From Azolla caroliniana (lineage: Eukaryota > Plantae > Polypodiophyta): a stretch of 64,000 nucleotides of DNA. The notes under the pieces were generated by a model. The model did no database searches, was not told where the DNA came from, and saw only the letters and a list, made by a program, of their open reading frames with translations. Where the stretch lies: assembly GCA_043228905.1 (NCBI GenBank), contig JBHGNT010000020.1, positions 62,001 to 126,000 of the forward strand, in the 5' to 3' direction. The position numbers and the translations under genes were made by a program. This document shows positions 23,401 to 37,200 of this stretch, piece by piece; position 1 is the first letter of the stretch, and each line of letters opens with the position of its first letter.

Positions 23401-26400
23401 ATGTGTTGTCTCGAAACAACACGAGTGCGTGTGAAACGTGAGTGGGACCACAAGGGACTTGAACTAGAGAGGATGGGGCATATTCGAGCTATCTCCTTTG
23501 GTTTTTGGAATTTATTTTATTCCTTATATAGTTGTATGAGTTGTCGTAAAGATTGCGGCCGTCTAGTGAAATTGTCAAGGTTCTGTGACTCGGGGACAAT
23601 CAAGACGACAAGACATAGTCACGAATGGTGTAATGGCAAGGAGACGAAACAGATGCCAAGTTTTTGGGAAAAGATAATTAATTGATTGAAGAATTCTTAT
23701 AAGATTCATTTGCCAAAAGGGTGCTTTGACAAGACATGAACTTAGCATCCTCTCTTTGGGAAAAAAGGCTTTTTCATTCCTTCTGAAATTTACCCATACA
23801 TACTCATCATAAGATTAGGGAAAGCTACAATCAATTTATTGGACGGTCAATTATAATTATGCACGTAACAATTACATATTGAGTTTAGAATTGATTATGC
23901 TAGTAGGATATGGAATCAATTGACACATGTTCCTAGTTGTCCTCCCAACAATTGAGTAGATATTGTCCATGCATTCGTAGATCGTGGTTCTAGAGTGATT
24001 AGGTGAAGCTAGCTAAAACAACATTGTGAAGTAACTCCTAGTTTTCCCATGCCTTTGTATTTTGCAAACCCGTCATCAATCATGGTTCTAAATTATCAAT
24101 GCATAAATTAAAAGTGATATCGACTTTTAACTTGTTCATATTAAGAATACAAAATGTGAATGACTTGGTAGTGGCTACATCTAAGATGGTTAGAGTGAGT
24201 ACTCGTGACGATTCATTGTTCAATAATGGTCTTTCGTCGTGTCCTTTTTTTTTACTAACTTATAATTAAAGTTTTAGGCCACCATAATGCTTATTTTTAT
24301 AGGCAACCACATGAAACAAAGATGCTGAAAAATAATGCTCACAATTATCAAGGATCATTTATCATCAAATATGCATGGTGGGGCATTCCAATTCTATTCA
24401 ATAGCTAGTGCACATCTACTAAATGTTTTATTGGGTTATTTTTGCAAATAGGATCAGACTTCTAATTTATGCTATTGAAAATACTTAGGCAACAATTTAC
24501 CCATTTTTCTTGTGAACTTCATGATCAATTCGCATGGTCTTCTTGTTTGTAGGGCTTGGGTTTTCACAGGTTAATGCAACTTAATGGCCTTGCCAAAATG
24601 TCTACAACGGGCAACATATGCACGTTAATGCACTAATATGATTAGAACATTATTTTGGACATGATCAGCCATGTTGCCAAATTGCAAATCCATTATCCAG
24701 TTGAAGTCGAAAGACAAGGACCTAACCCTTGTCTTTACAAATTATGTCACCACATTTTCAAGAATATAATATGGAAGTTAGAATCATCCACCCTTTCCCT
24801 CAACATGCAAAGTATGCATGGTCCTAAAATGTACACGTTGCTACTTCCCAATTCGTATCCGTATATTCTGTGTCAAAAAAGTGGAATTCAAAGAGTTAGA
24901 CTTTGTATGCTCTTTGTGATGCCTTTTTTGTTTTTTAATACATTGAATTATTTGTTAAATAACCATGTTTGCCGCCCAACTTGTAAAAGGAATCCTATTT
25001 TTCTAAGACAAGTCGAAGGTAGAGATTTCGTCAAAAAAAAGGGCCAATGCTATCGATCGGGGCTTATTGAAACCCTTTGTCACAAGCATCAGAAGTTGAG
25101 TAGGATCTCCAAAACAAAGGTTGAAAATTATGAATGTTATGATAACTTGGATTAGCGAGATAGTTAAAAATCATAAGTTACCTAAAAAGGGTCTAGCTAT
25201 TTATATGTGTGATAGTGCTTGAATGAAGTCAAATAGCTTCTCACTTGTTGTGATTTGGACCCTTCCAAGCAAATATATGTGCTTAGACAGTCATTTTTCT
25301 ATATATTACAAGAAAGTGAGATTATTTATGACTCATTTGAAGCTATTAAAGGATGTGATTGATACCTAAGTACTTTTGGATTGTGGGGAGTAGTCATGGA
25401 TCTTTTGTATGGGTGGGTAGATATATTCTAGAAGGTACGAGTAATTTGATTGATTTTTGGTAGTGTGAAGAACTCATGTGTCCATGGTGTTAAATTCAAT
25501 GAAGTTTTTGTTAGGAAAAAAAAAACAAGATGTGTTCTCTATTGACTTCAAAGGTCCGCACGAAAAAGGAGGATCTATAATTGATAACATATTGGTTCTT
25601 TTCCATTAAAGACTCTGAAATGAGTAAAATTCCACATTATACAATCTTTAAGTGATACACGCAAGCTCGATGAAAAAAAGTGTTGTCTTTTAAATTGGAT
25701 ACATCAATCTGATTGAGGTCACCAATGACCATGCGAAGTGTACGTGAGCATGATATGTTGGTGAGCACATTGCAAAGGATAACGAATATGATGTGCACAT
25801 GGGATAGGGACTGGTTTTATCACGTTCCCTAAACATTAGTTAATTTGGCCAATATTGTGATTAGAAAGCTTCACATGAAAGCAATGATATGATCGTATCG
25901 TTTACCATATCAATATGGCTTCACTTTCCACATAAAGCACTAGAAAAATCATTTATAGTTCCGTAGGAACCTTTAATAATGGTTTCAAATTGCTTTATAG
26001 CCAATGTAGATGAACTGTCGATAATCGTGATACAATTACCATACCTTGGACTCCAACAATTTAATGACTCGAACACAAGAAATGAAATCTGCTCGATCAC
26101 TTTGGTTTTCTCCAAGCCCAGAAACATTGCACTTTTTTGACGTGAAAGCTCAAGGATAGAAAGGGGCATATATGTAAAGAGTGCAAGGATACTACTTACT
26201 ACCTTGCACATGGATGATGCACCCATACTAAGCTAGAGATAGAGATCGTTTCATTCGTTCTTCTGGTTAACGTTGTGCCCAATGGCCGAATATTCATATG
26301 GAGGAGAATCGGAAATCAATCTAAAAACTCTTCGAATCATCTTTTTTCAAATGATCTTGGGATCGATGTAAGTATATATTTAGTTCTGATTAGAGCATCG

Positions 26401-26599
26401 AGCAAGTTCTTGTTAAGTTGGTAGACCGGGGGGGGGGGGGGGGGGTTGAGGATCTATTGTACATACAAAATGCCTTCTTTCTCGTCTCTTAGAAGCATGT
26501 ATGGGCACAATGTTGGTTGATTAGATTGCCAGATGAGAGTGTGGTGAAAATTGTCGAGGATTGGAAATGTGTACTCTGGAACAGGACCTAGAAGGTTAG

Positions 26600-27850
26600 G
26601 CTAGGCCCCCTAGGGACAAACCGAAAGAGACAGAGAAAAGAGATGTAAAAAAAAAGTGGCCGGAAAAAGAGAAGAGAAGAGATGGATAGTGGTGGCCTCA
26701 ACCTCAAGGTAGGGGAAGAAAATAAATAAATAAATAAATAAAATCAAATAGTATAAAATAATATATATATATGTAAATAAAAGTAAAAAAATAAAAAATA
26801 GAAAATAAATATAAATAAAAGTTAAATAAATAAATAAAGAAAAACCTGAGACAAAATTAAAAAATAAAACAAAAAGGATACATATAAAGGGAAGAAACAA
26901 AAATAAAAGGGAAAGAGAAAAACATAAAAGGAAAAAGAAAAATCAACAAAAAATAGGAAATAAGAAAAAAAACAGTAAAAATAAAACAAAAAAAGGAAGA
27001 AAAAGAAACAAAAAAGAATGAAGGGCAAAAGTGAAAAAAAAAAAGGAAAAAGAAAAATCAACAAAAAATAGGAAATAAGAAAAAAAACAGTAAAAAAAAA
27101 AAAAAAAGGAAGAAAAAGAAACAAAAAAGAAAGAATGAAGGGTAAAAGTGAAAAAATAAAAGGGAAAAGAAAAATCAACAAAAATAAAGGAAAAAAATAG
27201 TAAAAATAAAAAAAGAGAAGAAAAAGAAAAAGGAAAAAGAAACAAAAAAGAAAAAAATGAAGCATAGTATGAACCATACGTGCATTTCTCATTCGAGAAT
27301 GTTTCAATCATTCGAGTATGGTAAACACCCCAAAGTATGGTAAATACCATAATTTTGTATTCATTATTTAATATAATGTAGATTTCTTTTTAAGGTAAGA
27401 AAGTTAAGGTAAAAAGTGTAAAAAAAAAACAAAACATAAGAATGTTTTGATAACATACGTATGAAAAAGAATGTTTTCATTCGTATGAAAACGAATGTTT
27501 TCCAATGCATTCGAGTATATTACGGAATGAAGGGCAAAAATAAAAGAAAATAAAAGGGAAAGAGAGAAAAAAATATAAAAGGAAAAAGAAAAATCAACAA
27601 AAAAAAGAAGAAAACAGTAATAAAAAAAACAAAAAAAGGGAAGAAAAAGTAAAAAGGAAAAAAAAAAAACAAAAAAAGGGACGAAAAAATAAAAAGGAAA
27701 AAGAAAAGAGAAAAAAATGAAAGGAAAAGAGATAAAATAATAATAAACAGAAAAGAGAAAAAAAGAAAAGAAAAGTAAGAAAAAAAAAAGAGAAAAAAGA
27801 AGAGAAAAAAGAAGAAGAAGAAGAAGAAGAAGAAGAGAAGAAAAGTGGAG
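26600..27850. repeat. A/purine-rich low-complexity tract with ~116-bp degenerate periodicity
   Basis: Strongly A-rich plus strand; motif gaaaaagaaaaatcaacaaaaa recurs near 26935, 27050, 27170 and 27585; (GAA)n at ~27810. Confidence 0.85.
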
Positions 27851-27864
27851 GAGCTGTCGCTGTC

Positions 27865-28270
27865 GGAGTCACGTGATCTCCACGTTTTCTTTTCTTTTTC
27901 TTTTTTTCTATTTGGCGCGCAAAAAAAAAAGAAAGGCGGGAGCGCGCCACGTATCCAAATGACGTGGCAGCGGGAGCGCGCCACGCAGGCAGCTGACGTG
28001 GCAGCGGGGCTCGCCAGTATTTTATTTAATTTTTTCTTTTTTGATGACATAAAAAAGACCCTCCTCGGCGCTCCTCCTCTCACAGAATTTAGGGTTAATT
28101 TTAGGGTTAGGGTTTTAGGGTTCTCTGTCTGTCTTGTCTGTTTGTCTGTGTCTTCTTTCAGCTTCTTCTGGTCCTTTCTGTCTCCATCGCTCCCACATTT
28201 GGGTTAGGGTTTCAGACGGATTGTTTCCCACAGAGCTCCGCCTTTGCTGACAAATTAAAAGTTAGGGTTT
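27865..28270 (+). promoter_or_regulatory. Putative promoter of the RING-H2 gene with G-box/ABRE, E2F-like and telo-box motifs
   Basis: CACGTG (~27870), TGACGTGGC twice (~27960, ~27994), TTTGGCGC (~27911), repeated GCGGGAGCGCGCCACG, several TAGGGTTT telo-boxes at 28090-28270, CT-rich leader, and donor CAG|GTGAGT at 28494. Confidence 0.5.
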
Positions 28271-29329
28271 CAGAGCTTCTGCTCCCTCTCTCTCTCTCTA
28301 GCTCACAGATTAGTGATAGGTCTTCGCGCAGATTATCAGAGCTTCTCTCTCTCTCTCTCTCTCTGTAATCTTTGTCTGTTCCTTCGACTCCTTCTTGTTC
28401 TTCTCCCTCCCTCGCACACTTTATCTGAAGCTCTTCTTTCCTTCGTGATCTTCTTCCAACAATTAATCTTCAGCGGGGAAATAATTCCTACAGGTGAGTC
28501 CGAAAGCTACCGATCTTTGCCAAAAAATTTATGCTGTTTTTCCCGTTGCATCACAAGCTTTGGATCTGTAGTATTTTCCGTGTCCAAATTTCTTCGTTTC
28601 CTTCTCCCGTTAGAAGTAGTAAGATAAAACTGTTCCGAAAATGGAATTGTAGCTCTCAGACCTGTCGCAGGGAAGATGATTAATCGAAGCAGTTACGAAA
28701 AAATCTAAGAAGAAAATCGGTGTCCTCCTTTTTATTTAGCTCTTTGCCAATGGCGAATAAAGGATGAAAGAAAGCAGTTTCTGTTTCTGTATGTTTTCTC
28801 TGGTATATAGCTATACAGATTCTATTGTCGTCCTTAGGGTTCAAATATGATCATTGACACCAAGGTGAAGCAGTTTCATGTAGAATGCTCGAAGCTGGTA
28901 ACTTCCTTCCGATTTCCAAGAACTGTACCGATGAACATTGTAATTGAGAGTGCAGACATAGTGACTACGAGAAGCGTGTGGGATTGAAGGAGAATGATTG
29001 TAATAGAGTAGGATTCGAAGGAGCTTGATCAAATGAGATTGAAAGCTAGCGGAAGCTTGGAGAGTAAACTAACACCTTTGGTATATTTTGAAACTCTTCC
29101 AAGTAGACTTAGAGATGCTATAACCCGGTACTTGCACTCCATAGATGTGTGAAGAGAGGGGAAGGAGGAGAGGAGAGGCTTCATATCATCTGTTTCATGA
29201 GATGAGGAAATTACTTTCTGACCAAACCTAAATTAGTTGTGAGGATCGAGCATACGTTCCTAATTTCTGACATTTCCTCATATGAGCTTTCCCGTATCAT
29301 TTTATCTGGTTAATACGTTTCTTATAGAC

Positions 29330-29870
29330 CGAGCAGAAGTAGAGAATTAGAGACTTCTATGTAGTTTATGGTATTGAAAGCTAAGTTTTTCTGTAGTTTG
29401 TGTATTAGAATCTGTCTTTTGCATTGTTTTCGCTGTACTTGCAGTATTGGAATCCGCCACTTACCTAGTTTTCACTAGTGAATTCTGCTTTCTTTTCTGT
29501 AATTTTTGGCATGGAATGGTATTGTAGTCTGCCTTTTGCGTGGTTTCTATGACGGAAATCTGCCATTCTCTGTAGTTTCAGTATTGAAATCTGCAGGTTG
29601 GTTTGTCTCTGCTAGTGAAGTCTGCCTTCTTGGTCTGAAGTCTGACCAAGGGAAATCTTGAAATCTCTGTCCTTTTGTGTGCAGTTTTAAGACTTGAAAT
29701 CTGTCTTTTTGTGTGCATTTTCAGTATTGAAGCATTGTCTATTTGTCTGTATTTTTACTATTGAAGTCTGTTTTCCTGTATAGTTTTCAGTTTTAAGTTT
29801 TGAAGTTTGCCTACTTTTGCATGGTCCTGAGTATTGAAATTTGTCTCCCTGTGTAGTTTTCTGTATTAAG
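29330..29870 (+). repeat. Degenerate tandem repeats (core tgtagttttcagtattgaaatctgtc) upstream of the RING ATG
   Basis: About 10 recurrences of (a)gtattgaa(a/g)tctg within pyrimidine-rich sequence. Confidence 0.7.
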
Positions 29871-29872
29871 CA

Positions 29873-30502
29873 ATGGGACTACCCATCAACACAGACATGT
29901 CGTCAGGTGGTCTATTTCCGATGATACTCATCCGAATCGTGCTGTCTATATCAATGATAAAACGCATTTTCTTGCAAGCTTTCATTCTACTGATTCGAGG
30001 ATCGAATATATCTCAAGTTTCCGATACTACACCTTCAGATCAATTTCAAGAAGACTATACCTTCTCCAACATAACAAAATGCAGTGTGGATGAAATAAGA
30101 AATTCCCTTCCTCCCTCCGTATATTTGCCTGATGAAGTGGTGGTTAATGGTAATATCAATGCACCAAATTCAGTTCCAGATTTGATTGATAAAGTGTGCA
30201 CTGTATGTCTATATGAGTTTGAAAGAGGGCAAGAAATTCATGTTTTGGCCGATTGTAAGCACGTTTTTCATCGACCTTGCCTAGATCAATGGTTACTCCA
30301 TCGACACACAACTTGCCCTTTGTGTAGAATCTCTCTTTTACCTTGTGATATTTTGAAGAAGAAGAAAAAGAAGCAGCAGCAGAGACTCTCGGAGAGAGAG
30401 CAGGTGAGGATTACAGAAGGTCTCAGTTTCCAAGTTGTTTCGTCCTCAAGTTATGGCTCAGGATCGCATAATGTGATGCCATATCTAGCGTCCATAGAAT
30501 GA
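29873..30502 (+). CDS. RING-H2 finger E3 ubiquitin ligase, XERICO/RHA/BRH1-like, 209 aa, intronless CDS
   Basis: C3H2C3 motif CTVCLYEF..LADCKHVFHRPCLDQWL..TTCPLCR; N-terminal hydrophobic segment MGLP..SGGLFPMILIRIVLSISMIK resembles the XERICO N-terminus. Confidence 0.92.
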   Translation: MGLPINTDMSSGGLFPMILIRIVLSISMIKRIFLQAFILLIRGSNISQVSDTTPSDQFQEDYTFSNITKCSVDEIRNSLPPSVYLPDEVVVNGNINAPNSVPDLIDKVCTVCLYEFERGQEIHVLADCKHVFHRPCLDQWLLHRHTTCPLCRISLLPCDILKKKKKKQQQRLSEREQVRITEGLSFQVVSSSSYGSGSHNVMPYLASIE

Positions 30503-30960
30503 GAAATCATGCAAATTCTTGTGAAGAATCCATTACTGGAGAGCTTTACCAAAGAATGAGGATTCATGTAAATTTCCTTTCAAAGGATGCATTATAGGGA
30601 GAGCTTCACAGAGAAGGCAAAAATCATGTAAATTGCATTCTCATAGAATGAGAAATCATGTGCATTTCCTGTGTGAAGGATGCATGATAGAAGAGCTTGA
30701 CAAAGAATGAGAAATCATGTAAATTCTTGTGAAGGATAGATGGGTAACTAGGAACTTGACAAAGAATGAGAGTTCATGTAAATTCATTCCGCTGAAGGTT
30801 GGATATGCATGATAGGGGAGCTTTCAGAAGAATGAGAGAAGTCATGTAAATTTCTTGCAAAGGATGCAAATAGAGGTTAACTAGGAGTGTTATAAAGAAG
30901 GAGAAAACATGGAAATTCTTCTGAAGGATGAACTTGCATTTTAGGAGAGATTTGCAGTAG
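30494..30960 (+). repeat. ~55-65-bp degenerate tandem repeat in the RING gene 3' UTR (about 8 copies)
   Basis: Unit agaatgagaaatcatgtaaattcttgtgaaggatgcatgataggagagctt recurs at ~30496, 30553, 30645, 30704, 30763 and 30829. Confidence 0.8.
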
Positions 30961-31354
30961 ATGTATAATACTACTACATGATGGAAAATGGTTCATGACA
31001 TGCATATAAAAGGACTGCAGGTGCATTGTATGAAGATAATACCCCCTTTTCTTTACATGAATGTAAGAGAGCTGTCGAAAATCTCTGTTTTCTTCATGCT
31101 AAAAGATGTTTGTATATATATATCTTCCCCTTTCGTAACATTAATGTAAAAAATTGTCAAAAATCTCTGTTGTCTGACATGCTTAAAGATGTAAGTATAA
31201 CTTCAACTGTCGATAATCTCACAAATGTCTCTTATCTTATATGTTGATGGTGCATCATTGAGCTTCATTGCCTCAAAGAATGATGCATGTGAGTGAATGC
31301 TTTTTCTTCTTCTTCTGGGCTTGAGAATTTGGATACATAAGACATGACCTCACA

Positions 31355-31528
31355 TCTTGTGAATCAACAACAAACATCAGAGAATTTGTGAATCCTTTAG
31401 GGTGGTTTTCAATCTTGTGAATAAACAAAAAACATCAGAGAATTTGTGAATCCTTTAGGGTGGTTTTCAATCTTGTGAATAAACAAAAAACATCAGAGAA
31501 TTTGTGAATCCTTTAGGTTGGTTTTCAA
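31355..31528. repeat. 58-bp tandem repeat, 3 copies
   Basis: tcttgtgaataaacaaaaaacatcagagaatttgtgaatcctttagggtggttttcaa starts at 31355, 31413 and 31471. Confidence 0.95.
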
Positions 31529-33496
31529 AATGCTCTGATTTTTTTTTGAAACAACAGCCGTTTGGGTGTATCATATGCATATGGCTCTCAATTCGCTTTA
31601 CATCTGACGAAAGGATGCAGGAAATGCATCCAAGGTGAATTTGCATCAACAATGCAAGAAGGATATCGAAAATGTGTCTCAATGCATCATTTGCGCGATT
31701 AGAAGTCTTAGAATTTCAAGAGAACCAGAACAAGTTCTTGGACTTGCTATGCCCCACGAATAATTTGGGTTCATGTTTCTTATAGTTTAGGTAATACATT
31801 GTATAAGTATGTTTAGTGAAGGAAAGAAATGAAGGAATAGTGAATGTTGGCTTTGATCTCATTCTTTATACTAGCAACATCAAACATAAAAGAGTAAAAT
31901 ATAGAGAGCTTTTATGCCCTAAATGTGTGTGCCAAGGGTTTATCGAAAACCTATCGTGTCAACCTCTCAAGGTGCTTGCTATGCCAAGATCTTTATCACC
32001 ATATTTTACTATGATGTTTCTATCTGCACTATGATGAGCATGTGCCTTTGTGCAATATATTAGGTTTGGTTTGTCACAGATTTTTAGGGTTGGAGTTGGG
32101 TGTGCACTGTGGAATTAGAAGCCTTGGAAGTGTTTCCTTTAAGCTCAGACCCGAGTGCGAATGGTGGGGATTGTAATAGTGCGCATGTAGACAAACTTGT
32201 AGAAATTTATAGGTTGAGTTGAGGACATTTGGAATTCATATTTTAACATGTAGAAATAAACTATTCCTCGCATCTTGTGAACACCATGTGATGTTCAAGT
32301 CGATGGAAGGTCACTCAAAACTCTCAACATGATTTCTTATTGTGAAAGTAACATGGGCTTTGCCTAAAGAATAACCTTTTGAAGGATATCTGGAGCTCGA
32401 ACAAATCATTTTCCCCACACATGATAAATTGCACACATCACTTTCAATGAGACGTCCAAGAGACGACGCCCTTTCAGTGTTATTGGTTCCTTTACTTTTT
32501 TGAGACTTCAAATTATTTGGAAAATTTGCATCCACATCGCTATCAATGTAACTCCAAAGGTGCACCCTTTCATTATAATCCCTAGTGCACGTCATTAGCA
32601 TGGGCAATGTGCCATTAAAGTATGGGCGACATGGTCAAGGAAGAGAGTGAATCAATAAATCATCATTGTCATGTTGGATTAGGTTTTGGGCCCTACAAGA
32701 TATAATGGAGATTTGATTTAAAGCCATCTCCATCTTTTAACCATGTACCCAACTTCCAAATTTATGAATTTTGTTTAGTACGTAAATTGTTTAATTTTTG
32801 TCCAAATTTGCACATGGCTTGTTATAGGTTGAACTTTTGTGAGCACATCTTACAAGAGTGCGATGGAAGACTCTCATCTCAATTGAAGTATAAAAGAATC
32901 TCGTTGGGTAGGTGGGGCAGTGGCCCTCATGGTTCCATCCCTCTAACATGGGTCTACATGCATGTACGCATATATGGATATAAGGATGTATGCATGCATG
33001 GATGTATTGTAAGGCATCTCATGAACTTTGTATATAAACATGACTATGCTTGTAATAAATAGTACAACATGTTTCTTGTACTACATGATACATCAATGTA
33101 TTTTACGACATTAACATTTTAAGTGGACAATGCCCTTATTTTTGCTCTTTGTGGGCTTTCTATATGTCGCAGAAAATGATGTTAATTTCAATGTTGTAAA
33201 GCCGTTATGTTTATGAGGGAAATTGTTAGTGCGCATAATGTGGAACCAAAATTATGAAAGCGTTCCCTTAATGAACACAACATCAAACCCATTGCTAAAG
33301 CCATTAACCAACAACGCGATCTTGCAAAGCACTACCTTGACCACTACACTTTGTAACCAATAATGTAACTTGGCATTGATCTTTAAGCAATAATTGGCCA
33401 ACCAAAGCCTCTGATGTAATGTATAAAGGCAATGCTTTCAAATTTCAATTATGCTTTAGCATGTAATATAGACAATGTGACACTATTTAATGAGTA

Positions 33497-34232
33497 TTAG
33501 GTTTTCTTACTACTAATAGTGCATGGTATAATTGTTGGCTTTGACAACGATGTAATATCATGCATGCACAATAAGCTTGTGGTGTTCACAACACTTTCAT
33601 CCTAACAAAAGAAAACATAAGTCAATAGGAAACCTCAATAAAAATATTACAGTGCACATGGAGAAACAATCATCACTTACCATGGCCACGTTTCTAAAAT
33701 ATGTTGTATCATATCCATCTTCAATAGTCGTCGGATAGAGAACTTCTATAAGATCACGTAGCACCACTTGAGGTTGTGCAACTGCCCCCTCAAACCAATC
33801 TGTTTTAAGAAGAAACTTTAAAGGCCACACACATACACTTCCCTTCTTTTTGTATTGGGTTCACCTTACTAGTAAGTTGTTAGGCTATCAACTCAAGGTA
33901 GTAGATTTTCATGCATCTTTGTTACACCCTTGGCAATTTCTTTTTAACCACATGTCACATAGGTGTATACAACTAATGCTTTCATGATCTCTAAACACTT
34001 TAGATGGTTGCAATCTCTGCTACGGTTCCATCAATGAGCATGCACACACATACACACTCACTCACTCACCTAGGGCATGTGTTGCCTAATGAGTTTCAAA
34101 TTCTTACTTTCACCCATCTTTGTTACACCCTATCCTGTTTCTCCTAAACTACATGCCACATTGGTGTATGCAACTAATTATTTCATGACCTCTAGATAAT
34201 TGATATTTTTGTTATCTCAATTAGGATCCAAT

Positions 34233-34263
<31 letters not shown>

Positions 34264-37200
34264 AAAAGTAGTGTATATATTAAAACTACTTGACAATGCA
34301 ACTCCAAATCTTTCTACCTAGTGCATTATTGGAGCCAACACGTTTGTCGTAACGCCAACATCTCTTGTTGAAGATAAAGGGAATTCCACTTGTATTTATG
34401 AAATTTGTGGAGCTCATGAAATTTTCAAGCATATACTTTGAAGGATCAGCTGCATATGTCTCATCAATGACAACATCTAATTCCTGTAATGCAATAGCGG
34501 GGAATGTATTTAGTTAGTTATTCCATGTTGTAGCCTATGCAAATTATAGTTTTTTTCTTCATAAGATCAACACAAACTCCAAATCCACATAAACTCAACA
34601 AGTCGCATACATACATTCATACCATAGCTATATTGTAAAAAGAATTGATGTCTTTGGGGTTTGACATGTTGAAAGTCGTTAGTAAAATAGATTGGTCCAC
34701 GTTAACTCCACCTGCATCCAAGATGAACTGTAACAAATCCAATGAAACAAATTTTGCTTGTAGTGAATAGAATTATATACATATCAAAACCTTCTTTTTG
34801 GGCTATTTCCCTTATATTATCAGTAATGAAGAATTGAAAAATCAAAATCATTTGAGGTAGGACTACTGTAGGGATGATTAGTGTAATTTTTTTCCTGTAA
34901 ATAATAATTGTATTAAGTACAAAATCTACAATTACATTAGATGTGGGTGCAATAACAAGGAAGCGCCGTCTAATTCTCACTACATCCTTATCACTTAATT
35001 CCTTTGGGTGGACCTCCTCCCTCATGTTACCTAAAAACCTGTTGGGAAAATAGGTCCCTCCGGATAGAAAGAGCACAAGTCAAATAAAATGGAATCGATA
35101 GGTAAACTTTGCCGAGGCCAAAAATCGACTAATCGACAATCGATTGATAGTCAATTCAGTTATTAGCCAAATCGATCGAAGCTGAATCGGGAGGGGGGCT
35201 ATAATTGCAAAGAGCCTAAATGTGCCCTTAGTGGGCCATAGTTGTAAATAGCCCATATTGTATATGAGTATATATACACTTAGGGCAAGTAGTTAGTTCA
35301 ATAGTGTTAATCTATTGTTGTATAGTTACACGGAGTACTTGCCTCTGTAACTAGAGAGTGAGAGAGAGTGTGTGTGATGGGGTAGTATCTCTGCTGCCGT
35401 CTGTCAGAGGAAGACGAGCTCGAGGTCGTTTCCTTCGAGTCTCCTTGTATTCCTCTCCATATTTAGTGATTCGTTTCTTGGGGTTTGTGGACCCCTGTGG
35501 TTTTTCCCTTTTGGGTTTTCCACGTAAATATTCTGTGTCTTTTCTACTTTCTATTCTTGGTTGTTGTCAAGATTCGAACTCTTGACATGACCATGTTATT
35601 ATCGAGTGTTATGTGTTAACCACACATCTAGCATATAATCATGTATATACTTCCTCATTGTAGGTTTTAGCTAGCATCATGTGCATAATTTCTCCCTTGT
35701 ATTATTTACACTTGGCACATGCATGCGTAGCTATTGCCTACATGCTCTATTGTATCACATGCGTGCAACAGGTATGCATGCCACTTTGTATAAATAGTTG
35801 GGTTCACCTTGAAGGAATTCAAGGTGAACAACGCCAGTCATGGACATATCAATCTAGTATTCTCGTTTTGCCCATCTTCTCGATCTTTGCACCCGCATAC
35901 GTATACGTGTTAACCGGTTGTGGCCGGGTCGATTCTCAACACAACCAATGCAAGGGTAGTGCAATTGTACCACATATATCTCACAACACTTGAGGGGACA
36001 AAGGTGGCATCCTGCTAAAAAACATTTGACATGTATGTGTTCATTTACCCTTGAGGAATAAATAGTTTAATGAGTGAGAGTGATTATGGGGGTTATACCA
36101 CATGAGGACGAGATGATTTAGTCACGTGGTACATGCAAAGAAAAATAAAAAGCAAGCATACAAGAATATACTAGATGAAATATTAGATTAACTTTTGCAG
36201 TTACTCTTGATCCATAAAGCTGGAACCCTCAAGCCTAATCCTTCATCTCTACTTTATCCAAGGTATTGTTTCACATTTTCTTCGTAATAGAACTCTTAGC
36301 TCATATGTATATTATGAAGTAATTGATCGTCCACAACATTGTTCATTCATTATACAATTGTGTTTGATTATCTCCATTTTGTCTTTGTAACTATGTTGTT
36401 GTGAGCATGCTTCAACCCTCTTTGAGGCATACACCTTGGGCACACCCACCTTTCGTCACCCCTTTTGTTCAAAAACGTTTTTGGTGGTGTTCTTGCTATA
36501 TAAAGTTTATAGTTACTTGTACACATGTTTCATCTAAACCCTAGTTTGTCTAGTAACCTTTTATTTGGTGATAGTGGATAGTTTTCGATACTTGGTTCTA
36601 TAGTTTTTATCCCTTTGAGAGGGTGGTTTTCCACATTAAAAAATGTGGCGTATTGTGCATTATTTTTTCTTTTTTGTTATGTTTGTGTTGTTTACCATAA
36701 ACAATTGGCATAAAATTATTTGTGTTTCCTTTCATGACATTTCTAATAGGAGGTGCGAATTAGCTAGTGAGGAGAGGAGAGGGAGATAAAATGATAGAAG
36801 AAGTGAATATGTATATCACTTGGAGGTTAGGCAAGAGGTCAACTAAACATGTAAGGGGGTGAGTGTTGAGAAGCAACCTCAACATAGGTCAGATCGGTTG
36901 AAGGAACTGAGAGCTGGATCACATGAAGATCAATCGGCTAGGCCAAATCGGCTGGAGAAACCAGCAAGCCATTAGCACCGAAATTCCTATTCATAGTAAT
37001 AGGAATATTTGAGGAGTTAGTGTCATAGGATCTTTATAGGCATTCAAGTACATGTTAGTACTTGTGTCAGCCCTTTTGAGGAATTGTATAAAGAGTGCTC
37101 CCTAAGCACATTTTGATGCACAGAGTATTATTATTTTTGTATTGAGTTTACTACTTTTCTGCTCTCTCTGTCTCTCCCTCTACGTACTATGAATCTATCT

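Noticed and set aside
26428-26445. Run of 18 G (possible G-quadruplex)
   Set aside because: Isolated homopolymer with no supporting context; length may be unreliable.
26610-28207. Several Phe/Leu-rich ORFs resembling membrane proteins
   Set aside because: Artefacts of the A-rich low-complexity tract.
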